Shown: one piece after another, positions 51,913 through 64,000 of the stretch
How positions within the stretch are numbered: position 1 is the first letter of the stretch
Layout: the number at the start of each line of letters is the position of its first letter
Assembly: GCA_964016885.1 (NCBI GenBank)
Contig: OZ024741.1
Location: 226,796,001 to 226,860,000 of the forward strand
DNA: 64,000 nucleotides
Origin: Eledone cirrhosa
Taxonomy: Eukaryota
Reading direction: 5' to 3'
Translations under genes and position numbers: made by a program
Notes under the pieces: model-generated
What the model was told of the DNA's origin: nothing
Database searches by the model: none
The model's input: only the letters and a program-made list of their open reading frames with translations

Positions 51913-53793
51913 AGATATTGAAACAAAGAAATTTGATGGACATGAAAAAAAAATGCGTTATCTGTCTGTCGTTTAAAATCATTGCTTCTAAATGAAAATC
52001 TCATAAGGCTTTATTCGAGGTTATATATATAGATCAATGCTTTCTTTTACAAAATATTTGCTGATGCGCTGAAATATTGTTTTTAAAGACTTTTTAATGG
52101 AAATGAAGCAAAATGGAAGTTTAATGTTGAAACTTCGAACTCATGAATTTTGGAGGTTAAAATTTTGCTGGCCCGAAAACTGTTCGTGTATTTTTTCTAC
52201 TTTTGCACGCGTAGTTTGTTCGTAACGTAAATAGATAAACAAATGACGCCATAAAAGGTAAATAACTCGTCTCTCATCTCTATTTATACATTTGAACTGA
52301 AAAATCAATACATTACAAATTCGATTTTTGCACTCGGCGTGGGTCGATTTGAAAATTTTTTACCGATATCTCCGCCGGATCTTCATCTGTAGCAATTTCA
52401 CCGAAATTTGAACGTACGGTTTAGGAGGAGATGTGTATCGACCGTTTTAGTAGACAGACAGACAGACAGACAGACAACCTCAGTTTTATATATATATAGA
52501 TATATATATGCCACATCCACTGATATGGATTCTGAATACCTGCACGCGCTTAGGTAACATTAAGGTCAACTGCAGAAATTGGTGATAAGTTACAAAAAGT
52601 GTGATGATCAATGACCTGGAAGTTGGCTTACCATGAGATTAGTCCGAAGAATAAAACCCAAATCCTATGTTGACGAATATTCGTACTCCCGGCCTGTTAA
52701 TTGTAACAGTCTTTCTAACGTCTTTGAGAGTAGAGTTTATTTTGTCGATATTTCGAGGTGTCGGATTGTGGGAAGAATAACACAAATTAAGAAGTTGTAA
52801 CTTCTCCTCCATCATTGACTCTTTCCAAAAGTGAACGTAACAAGGCCTTCTTTAGGGCCAACTCTTCTGATTGTTTATCCGACTTATTATGGTATGTTTT
52901 CTCGGGTTATGTCTACTATAGGGAGAAAACGCGATGTTTTATTGAATTGCTTCAGTCATTCGAAGGGCTTTACAAACGGTGATATACAGGGTGCTTGAAC
53001 AGTACCTGAATATGTCAATCGGTTATAATTTCTTCCATAATTGTGATGACTTCCTCAATTGTTCTGAGTTTGTTCTTGAGTGCTAAGACAATAAGTTTGC
53101 TATTCTTATACATAAGTTTTTTTAATAATTTCGATACTCTTCGAGCTCAAACTTCCCCGGCTTAGTCACGCTGAATAAAGAAAGCTGGATGGAAGGACTT
53201 ATGACGTAAATAGCTATTGATAGTTCCACATAAAAAATTGATCAGCAATAAACACACCTAGCAAAGGTTGCAATTGAAAATCCAGTATGGGCATCCAAGG
53301 TCGCTAGCATTTTCAGGTGCACTCAGGGAACTGCGAATAACCCCACCTTTCCCGGGTATAGCAGCTAGTACATATATATATAAAACAAATGATGGAGAGT
53401 GAGACATCTTGCGTTTAGTTTCATTACACGATTTTCACTCGCAGCTCTGCTTAAAACCATTGTCAATTATATAAATACTTAATATTCGTCGTGATATTAC
53501 CGGGTCTTCAGATCCTTATAAACAATGACATTTAAAATACTCCATTGCTTTAAGAAATAGACAGTGCTTTATATATCGGCTGATTTGTGATCTGTAAAAT
53601 AAATATAACGAATAGAAGAAAAAAGAAGGGAATATAAAAAAAAAGTAAGTAAAGAATAAATAATAGAAAATGTATAAAACAGACTTGAAGTTCGGAAAGT
53701 GTGTGTATATGTAAATATATATATATATGTGTCCCAAGGCTCTGATACAATCAAGACTATAAACACAGAGCTGGCATATCTAAGAACTGACTA

Positions 53794-53849
53794 ACTGCCT
53801 GATGAGGTCATAGCCATTCAATGGCTATCATCGAAATATATATAGCAGT
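53794..53849 (+). ncRNA. Minimal type I hammerhead ribozyme (Penelope-like pLTR)
   Basis: ACTGC-CTGATGA-GGTCATAGCCA..TGGCTATCATC-GAAA-TATATA-TA-GCAGT. Confidence 0.85.
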
Positions 53850-53890
53850 AAATAAAGGATTATGAGTTCATGCAATTGACTTATGTTTCG

Positions 53891-53942
<52 letters not shown>

Positions 53943-54199
53943 CGTGTGTGTGTGTGTTCTTAGAATAATAAGAAGCACTCAATGCAAGGAAGCTGTTAAA
54001 ACAGCAAGATGCCGTCAATGACAGCATCGGGTAAAATTTACCTCAAAGGATAGGAAACAATGTGTCTGATTTTCAGGTCAGGTCCTTCTTTTTGGATCTT
54101 GATCAGGTAATAGAAATCATGATTTCTATCATCGTGTTGGTATATTGACATGCTGCAGGTAAAGTAGTACTAACCTGATGTAAAGCTGGCTTTGGAAAT

Positions 54200-55271
54200 G
54201 TTCAAAGTTGACTAGTTTCATTTGCAGCCAGGATTTCTTTCCGCCTCATTGTTCTCTGAATATTTCCGGTATCTACATGAAATGATGCATCAGATCTTGC
54301 ATCGATTCTAACTCTAGGATTGCAATCTATCCAATCTTTCGTAGTAGCATGTACCTTTAACCCATGATCAATCTTATTAAAAGCCTTCGCAACGTCCAGA
54401 TATACCATATCTTCGTCAGGCTGATTGTGTATCTGCCTTAACATCAAAAAGTAATTAGTAAAACAAATTCTTTTGTGTATTTTATATCTGTATTTCTTTT
54501 GGTTGTGTTCCATGTGATAGAAATACTAACTATGTATCTGCCTAACTACTACCTTTCATACTGTAATTTACCCCCCGTTCTACTGTACGGTACTATCCTT
54601 CAGTATGTAGATAATATATCTGTAACATAGATCCCCCTTTTAAAACTTCTTACTTAAACATCTCCCTACTTATTAGTTAGTATATGTGCATATATTTTTT
54701 ACTCACTTCAATCTGGATTCTCACTTGTAATTTTTTTTTATTTTTGATTACTGATTTTTTATTTTTTATTTTTAGTTTTAATTTCCAACTCTCATTCATA
54801 ATTTCCACTGTGAAACCATAATACCTAGAATTAAGTATATTCTCTTAGAGGTTGATGGTCAATTCTACTGTCCATGCTTAATTTACGATAGTATTGAGAC
54901 CTATTGATACTCATACTCTCCCAACCCCACTAGTTTCGGCTGACTGCCAATAGCGGGGTGGCTAGCAGTAAGCTATATATTACAGGCCTGAATAGGGTCA
55001 TTGTTTGGTTGAGAGGGGGAACTACCTAGGCGAATTTCGTAGATCTCTGCGGTAGTTGATGGACAACTTCCTTCGGACCTGCGCCTGCGCAGACCGGTGG
55101 GGATGAATTGGTACTCACAAGGGAACGGGCGAAAAACCCAAGAGCACACGCTTTGTCCGTTCTCATGTCGATTCAATTTGGATTGCCTCGGAAAAATAAC
55201 CTTATTATGTAAGAAGCTGTCTGACGATGTCGCGGCACTGGCGTCGGAACCGTGTGGCCACTGTCGCCATT
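54200..55271 (-). pseudogene. CR1/L2-like LINE relic with a GC-rich 5' region
   Basis: DMVYLDVAKAFNKIDHG RT motif; extent uncertain. Confidence 0.45.
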
Positions 55272-55291
55272 GAAATATGTATCACAGCATT

Positions 55292-55472
55292 ATTGGCAGT
55301 ATCGGTAGAGGGTCGGACGCCATGCTTTCCAGCATAGTTACGTCCCTTTACGATCTGAGTTCAAATCCCGCCGAGGTTGACTTTGCCTTTCATCCTTACG
55401 GGGTCGATAAAATAAAGTACCAGTAATTAACTGGGTTATTGCTGGCCTTGTGCCTAAAGTAGAAACAATTAT
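55292..55472 (+). mobile_element. SINE (dominant family)
   Basis: Close match to 32669-32856 and 63589-63771. Confidence 0.9.
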
Positions 55473-55582
55473 CATTAAAGGACTTTAAAATCTGAAACTA
55501 CTTCGCTTTTAATTATTCGTCACTCCTATGTGGAATAGGTACGTTGAGTGCTTGAATTGAATTGCATGAATATTTACCTTAA

Positions 55583-55697
<115 letters not shown>

Positions 55698-55894
55698 ATG
55701 TATATATATATATATACGTGTGTACAGTGGGGTGTATGATATTGTTATTCTAGCCAACTGCGTAGAGTATGCCTCGCAGATGAGTTCAACAAGATCGAAA
55801 CAAGCATGCAAGCATTCACCCAAAATTTCAAAAAGCCAGATTTATGCCAACAGATGATCTATTTTTAAAAAGATGAAATGTCAAGAAATCTAAA

Positions 55895-55957
<63 letters not shown>

Positions 55958-56222
55958 GCAAGAAAATGAAACGAAATTTCATTTCTCACTTTTAGTACGG
56001 CTGTTACTTAAATATAGGTATGTACACGTACATACATATATGTATACAGACGTACAGTAGTATGTATATATATATATACGTACATGCACACATATATATA
56101 TGTATGTATGGATTCACCGAACATTTATTATAATGCTCGGTGTGTTTGTAAACAAACATCCCGAATTAAGCCGTACAGTGTCTAGCAACCATCGTTGCTC
56201 ATTTGTTCAACACTGACAAAGG

Positions 56223-56266
56223 AACGCTATACTAGTTTCAAGCTTATTAGCTATCGTCAGCAACGT
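56223..56266 (-). ncRNA. Minimal type I hammerhead ribozyme
   Basis: Minus: ACGTTG-CTGACGA-t-AGCT aata AGCT-t-GAAA-CTAG-TA-TAGCGT; GUA triplet, palindromic stem III. Confidence 0.8.
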
Positions 56267-56288
56267 ATACCTTCCTGCCAGATGATTG

Positions 56289-56333
56289 AACGTTGCTGAC
56301 GATAGCTAATAAGCTTGAAACTAATACAGCGTT
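56289..56333 (+). ncRNA. Minimal type I hammerhead ribozyme (stem III CTAA variant)
   Basis: AACGTTG-CTGACGA-t-AGCT aata AGCT-t-GAAA-CTAA-TA-CAGCGTT. Confidence 0.7.
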
Positions 56334-56727
56334 CCTTTGTCAGTGTTGAACAAACGAGCAGCGATGGTTGCTAGACACTGTACGGCCTAATTCGGGATGT
56401 TTGTTACAAACACACCGAGCATTATAATAAATGTTCGGTGAATCCATACATACATATATATGTGTGTGCATGTATGTATATATATATATATACATACTAT
56501 GGTACGTCTGTATACATATATGTATGTACATATACATACTTATATTTAAGTAACAGCCGTACTAAGATTGTACGCATGTGCAATCATTTTCTTTAGTTCA
56601 TCGTGGTTTTCGGGGGTCCGTATGGCTCTGGTCCACCCGTTGCATCTATCTGTGTGGGTTTTCTTGGCCATATCGGTTTCAACACACGTTTTCAGATAAA
56701 GAATCTTGCTAAACAAATTCAGAAACG

Positions 56728-56809
<82 letters not shown>

Positions 56810-56872
56810 TGTATATATATATATATAGTGACGAAACATAAGTCAATTGTATGAACTCATATTCCTTTATTT

Positions 56873-56928
56873 ACCGCTATATATATTTCGATGATAGCCA
56901 TTGTATGGCTATGACCTCATCAGGCAGT
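56873..56928 (-). ncRNA. Minimal hammerhead, same family as 53794
   Basis: Minus: ACTGC-CTGATGA-GGTCATAGCCA..TGGCTATCATC-GAAA-TATATATA-GCGGT. Confidence 0.85.
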
Positions 56929-56989
56929 CAGTAAGTTCTTAGATATGCCAGCTCTGGGTTTTTAGTGTTGATGGTTTTAGAACTTACTG

Positions 56990-57045
56990 ACTGCCTGATG
57001 AGGTCATAGCCATATAATGGCTATCATAGAAATATATATAGCGGT
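56990..57045 (+). ncRNA. Minimal hammerhead, same family (C11.1->A); inverted partner of 56873
   Basis: ACTGC-CTGATGA-GGTCATAGCCA..TGGCTATCATA-GAAA-TATATATA-GCGGT; arms 56826-56939 / 56980-57092. Confidence 0.75.
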
Positions 57046-57207
57046 AAATAAAGGATTATGAGTTCATACAATTGACTTATGTTTCGTCACTATTATAACC
57101 CCGGAATTTATATCTTCGTTGAGTGCTCCCGATCCGCATACTGAAGTGTTGGATTTTACCAACACTTTTTTCTTACTATATATATATACAGTATATATAT
57201 ATATATC

Positions 57208-57325
57208 GGAGAAAGTATGACCCCGACAGCAGAGCTAAAGCCGTTTCGACAGCTATTTCTTGACTTTAGTCCAGAAATAGCCGTCGAAACGGCTTGAGCT
57301 CTGCCGTCGGGATCATACTTTCTCC
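57208..57325. repeat. Near-perfect ~58-bp-arm palindrome
   Basis: GGAGAAAGTATGA...GACT tt AGTC...TCATACTTTCTCC. Confidence 0.9.
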
Positions 57326-57404
57326 TATTACCCACTCTACTACCATAAGTATTGAGTACTCTGGTGCGTTATGGTCCATCTGGTTCCTTACCACACATCC
57401 TTCG

Positions 57405-58522
<1,118 letters not shown>

Positions 58523-58559
58523 TTCTCTATAACCTTCGTTTTGTGTAGTAAATTACACT

Positions 58560-58609
<50 letters not shown>

Positions 58610-58662
58610 CAAATTTATACACCTCAACAACATATATACTTGTCTATACCACACTAATTCGG

Positions 58663-58717
58663 ACTGCCTGAAGAGGTCACAGCCAAAGATGGCTGTCACC
58701 GAAATATATATAGCAGT
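58663..58717 (+). ncRNA. Minimal hammerhead, diverged member of the 53794 family
   Basis: ACTGC-CTGAAGA-GGTCACAGCCA aaga TGGCTGTCACC-GAAA-TATATATA-GCAGT; compensatory stem II change. Confidence 0.85.
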
Positions 58718-58863
58718 AATAAATGAAGCTAAATTTTAAACATTTGACTTATTTATTTTACTTTATTTTACATTACTCCGGAGTAACCAAACCAACCTGC
58801 GCACTTCGTCGAGTGCTCCAGCCTGCATACTGAGGTGTTGGTATACAACCAATATATACTGAA

Positions 58864-58927
<64 letters not shown>

Positions 58928-59045
58928 CATACCTATATATATATCTATGTATCCACCTACCTATCTATTTGCCTAAAATGTATTATATATATATACATCT
59001 GTCTACCTATCTATCAATCTATCGATCGATCTATTAATATATAAC

Positions 59046-59134
<89 letters not shown>

Positions 59135-59300
59135 TTTGTGTGTGTGTGTGTGTGTGTGTGTCTTTGTGTGTCAATCTCTCAATATATCTGCCTGTCTATC
59201 TAGCTATCTATTCAGCTATCCATCTACCTATTTATCTATCTATACATCAGTCTAATTATATTATCACCGGCTTTTGACTTGCATTATTACCAATAGTAAA

Positions 59301-59492
59301 GGGCAGTAGATTGGCAGTATCGGTAGAGCGTCAGACACCATGCTTTGCAGTACAGAGTTATGGCTTTTTACGTTCTGAGTTCAAATCCCGCCGAGGTTAA
59401 CTTTGCCTTTCATCCTTACGGAGTCGATAAAATAAAGTACCAGTAATGCACTGGAGTAATGTCTGGTCTTATGCCAAACGTAGAAACAATTA
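59301..59492 (+). mobile_element. SINE (dominant family)
   Basis: Head, core and tail motifs. Confidence 0.85.
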
Positions 59493-59551
59493 CTACCAAC
59501 AATATTAATATCAACGGTATGAACACCTTAAAGCGGTCGATTTGAGCGTTG

Positions 59552-60038
59552 GATATTTATTCCGAGTGCAATGTCAACTCTGGATGACGGTGAGCATGTC
59601 CAGCCAACCTCAGTCTCCTCTGTGTCACTTTTGAGCTGACTTTTGGGATGCTCCCATACAGCTCTGAGTTTTTCATCCTCAGTGTATACTGATTAATGTT
59701 CAGAGCCATCCTCAGCATTCTCGTGTAGCACCCATCCACCATCTGAGTGAGTTTCTTGGTCAGTGTCCAAGTCTCAGACCCATACAGCAGCACAGACTCC
59801 ACTACAGCAATGAAGAGGCGGATTGCACTCAGTGCTCCTTTGGGAGCCCCTACATGGACACACTAGAAGAGGAAGACCAAGGTTAACATATGTTGATGCC
59901 CTAAGGACAGACACTGGTCTGTTGGAGATGCAGGATATGGCAGCGATAATGAGGGACAGAGACCGCTGGAGAGAACTCGTCCATGGATCTCGGGAATTTT
60001 ACCCGCCTTAGATAGATAGATAGATATTTATTCCGAGT
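59552..60038 (+). mobile_element. 5'-truncated, 5'-inverted RTE-group LINE with a 16-bp TSD and (TAGA)n tail
   Basis: Minus 59564-59821 ESVLLYGSETWTLTK..RLRLAGH..LTLHS continues on plus 59822-60011 LHSVLLWEP..RGRPRLTY..WRELV; TSD GATATTTATTCCGAGT. Confidence 0.92.
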
Positions 60039-60575
60039 ATCGGACTTCTGAGTCCAAATCCTGCTGAGATTTGTGTTGTATTTCATCCTTTCAGGCTCGA
60101 TAATAAAACTCCAGTTCATTGCTCAAGTTGTCACTTCCTGGATGTTCTGTTGTATCAAACGAGGATATGTCAAGAGGGTGTCTCTGTCCGCAACCTCATA
60201 GGCAACTAAAACTCTTTGCGAAAACATGGCTTGTAGTAGTATGGACTGCTTAATATAACACAATATAAGTCTCTTGCGGTAGATAAGAAACATTTAAATC
60301 TCTCTCGTTACAAGTCTGTGTGCTATAAGGTATATAGTTCTGTGAACACATTGAACTGAAAATTAGTGTTACTTACAAATGAACTTTAAAGCTAACATAT
60401 GGTTACAGCTTGATAATTAATTTTGACTGAGGATAATTGGCAAGTAGCACCAGTCTCTTTTGTCTGTGAATGAAATAGATAAAGTAAATGTGTCTGAAGA
60501 AGTTGATAATGTTTTCAGTATACACATATATATATATATATATATTGAATGGAAGGTATATATATGTATATATAC

Positions 60576-60693
<118 letters not shown>

Positions 60694-60704
60694 GTGTATA
60701 TATA

Positions 60705-61990
60705 TATACCTTCCATTCAACTCGTGCCACCCTAGACACACCAAAATGGCAATTCCTTATAACCTACCCAGAAGGATCTGCACAATAGTTTCAGATAAAT
60801 ACACATGCTACACACGACTAGAAGAATTAAAAAATACACTTATCAGCAGAAACTACTCACCATCCCTAATCAACAATGGATTCCAACGTGCCCTAAAACT
60901 AGACATCCAGGAACTCAGACACCCCAAACCCAGGAATGAACTGCAACAAAAACTCTACCATACATCTCCACACACAACCCCCTCAACAATGAGGCATTCG
61001 ACACCATCCTCCAGAACATTCCTTTACTAAAAAGAGACCCAAGAATGAACAAAATCCTCCAAACACACATCATAAAGAGAAAAAGACAACCTAGTTCCAT
61101 AAAAAACATCCTCACACAAGCCAAAATCCAACAAACCCTCACAATGAACCCTATAGTAACAAAATACGGAAGGCCCAACTAATCTATGTTTTGACCTGCT
61201 CAGGTTGTCAAGAGCACTATATAGGACAGACAAAAATCAGCCTCCGTCAACGTATGACCGTCCATAAATCACAAATTAAAATACAGGAATACAGAAAGAT
61301 TGCATGTAGTGAACATATCGCCAATTGTGCTCACAACCAACATCCGAACTTTAAAATTTTCCCCATTTACAAATTCATAGACAACGATACTTTCATCCAA
61401 CGTACCAATAAGGAAACATATTTCATTAACAAATTCGAGCCTCTACTTAATGCTCTAAAAACCGGACCAATCTAAAGTTGCAACAAACAATCAAACATTT
61501 ACAAGAGTTACTTCCCTCACACTCTACCTAATCATTTTTCTTAAATAATTAAATATCATCCAGCAAGAATTGCTTCCCCCTGCATATTAACTCTCTAAAA
61601 AGGGAAATCATATCAAACCCCAGTCCACCATTTGCCTCCATCATGGAATCATGGATCAACTAAGCACTCTTGCTATATTAACACATTTTGATCTGCTTAA
61701 CTTCAAGAACTATGCCTGTAAATAACATTATTTTTTCTTCCACATTGACTTTTCATGCTCTACGTTATGCCCGTTTTTTTCTTTTCACTTCATAAACTTG
61801 TTTGTAAATAACATTATTCTTTCTGCACCTTCTCTCTAACATGTGCGACACCACACTAATACATTTCACTATCATTTGATAATGCATAAAAATGCTGAAA
61901 CCGGTAATAGACAATTATTAAATATATAAATAGATAAATAAATGCCATTGTTAAATAATAAATAAATCAACTAATACCTTAAAACTTCAC
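60705..61990 (+). mobile_element. Penelope-like element 3' fragment: RT C-terminus + GIY-YIG endonuclease (frameshifted) + 3' pLTR region, in (TA)n
   Basis: [28 protein letters not shown]; NLIYVLTCSGCQEHYIGQT..LRQRMTVH; KE.YFINKFEPLLN. Confidence 0.88.
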
Positions 61991-62104
61991 ACAAAGTAAA
62001 ACATTTCGTTTTAATCATTTTCTAACTCAGAAAAAAGAGAGAGAGAGAAACAAAAAAGGAAAAAAATATATTTTTCTTCCTAATAATCATCTCTTTCTCC
62101 CTGT

Positions 62105-62146
<42 letters not shown>

Positions 62147-62169
62147 TTATTTATTTATTTATTTATTTA

Positions 62170-62768
<599 letters not shown>

Positions 62769-62992
62769 AATATATAGATATATAATTTCAATTGAGGAAA
62801 AAGAAAATATATGCCCTAATATTTGTAATCTGTTCCTTCAACTTTTAATAGCTTTGAGTATAACTTCAACTAAACCTTATATTCTTTTAAAACTTCGACC
62901 GATAAAACAAAACCGATCTGATATTCACTGATAAGTCCTTTAGACTGAAACAATTATAAATAAAACACTACGTTTATTTCTTTATTACGCAT

Positions 62993-63210
62993 AATGGTTT
63001 CTTATATAGGCACAAGGCCAGCAATTTTGGGGGAGGGGAAAGTCGATTAAATCGACCCCAGTGCGTGACTGGTACTTTATTTTATCGAACCCGTAAGGAT
63101 GAAAGGCAAAGTTAACTTCAGCGGGATTTGAAATCAGATCATAGAGGGCCGTAACTCGATGCTGCAAAGCATGGCGTCCAACCCTCAATCGATACTGCCA
63201 ATCCGCCGTC
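62993..63210 (-). mobile_element. SINE (dominant family)
   Basis: Reverse complement of 29488-type copy. Confidence 0.85.
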
Positions 63211-63370
63211 CTCAATCAGTGGAAATAATAAAGCTGAAAGAACAGGGTATAAACGTGAGGCCCGAAATCGTGATGAACTGTTTACACCAACACGGTGTAT
63301 CACCCCGCTCCTCCATATATCTGCAGACGTGTATAAGGGCACGCAGAAACACACGTGTGTATATATAAAC

Positions 63371-63470
<100 letters not shown>

Positions 63471-63473
63471 ATA

Positions 63474-63588
<115 letters not shown>

Positions 63589-63769
63589 TGGATTGGCAGT
63601 ATCAGTAGAGAGTCGGACGCCATGCTTTCCAGCATAGTTACGTCCCTTTACGGTCTGTGTTCAAATCCCGCCGAGGTTAACTTTGCCTTTCATCCTTACG
63701 GGGTCGATAAAATAAAGTACCAGTAATGCACTGGGTAATTGCTGGCCTTGTGCCAAAAGTAGAAACAAT

Positions 63770-63771
<2 letters not shown>
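63589..63771 (+). mobile_element. SINE (dominant family)
   Basis: Head, core and tail motifs. Confidence 0.9.
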
Positions 63772-63814
<43 letters not shown>

Positions 63815-63844
63815 ATGTGTGTGTCTGTGTGCGTGTACGTGTGT

Positions 63845-64000
63845 GGAGGCACGTGGCCTAGTGGTAAGGGTGTTGGACTTACGATAATGTCGTGGGTTTG
63901 AACCCTGGGTTACGTGTTGTGTTCTTGAGCAAAACACTTCATTTCATGTTGCTCAAGTATACTCAGCTGTAAATGAGTACCAGCAATAGCTCGGGGTTTA
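63845..64000 (+). mobile_element. tRNA-derived SINE (second family), runs off the window
   Basis: TGGCCTAGTGG A box, GGTTTGAACCC B box, TTCTTGAGCAAAACACTT core. Confidence 0.75.

Larger units (their letters stand above)
55992..56563. repeat. Fold-back inverted repeat (~275-bp arms, ~23-nt spacer) built from divergent hammerhead-bearing pLTR-like copies
   Basis: TTAGTACGGCTGTTACTTAA ... TTAAGTAACAGCCGTACTAA; arms are reverse complements with scattered substitutions. Confidence 0.9.

Noticed and set aside
55060-55271. CpG-rich host promoter (TGCGCCTGCGCA, AATGGCG)
   Set aside because: No downstream exon recognised; more simply the 5' region of the adjacent CR1-like relic
62922-62962. Hammerhead-like CTGATAA-GTC/GAC-TGAAA
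   Set aside because: Core defective (G8 lost), stem III not palindromic, stem I mismatched; at best a dead relic
63845-63910. tRNA gene (also 10665-10739)
   Set aside because: A/B boxes are present but there is no complete cloverleaf, and the sequence continues into a SINE body

Overview
AT-rich, microsatellite-saturated eukaryotic DNA. The repeat families resemble those I recognise from octopus/cephalopod genomes (inference). I found no host protein-coding gene; nearly all long ORFs belong to decayed retrotransposons. These include two near-full-length Tx1/L1-clade LINEs (~13.5-18.8 kb, ~22.7-28.7 kb) plus a 3' fragment, three R4/Dong-type RT+RLE elements plus an older relic, RTE-group fragments (one with a twin-priming-type inversion and a 16-bp TSD), and a Penelope-like RT/GIY-YIG fragment. 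Also present are a Tc1/mariner relic, non-autonomous Helitron ends and more than 15 SINE copies. The most notable non-coding signal is about a dozen minimal hammerhead-ribozyme motifs from several families, mostly arranged as back-to-back inverted pairs (7.8-9.0 kb and 55.9-58.7 kb). They include a 523-bp tandem retrozyme-like unit and U3:A8 core variants. At 62555-62616 there is a candidate non-circularly permuted (pseudoknotted) hammerhead in a LINE-like 3' UTR. All calls were made by eye, and element boundaries are approximate.
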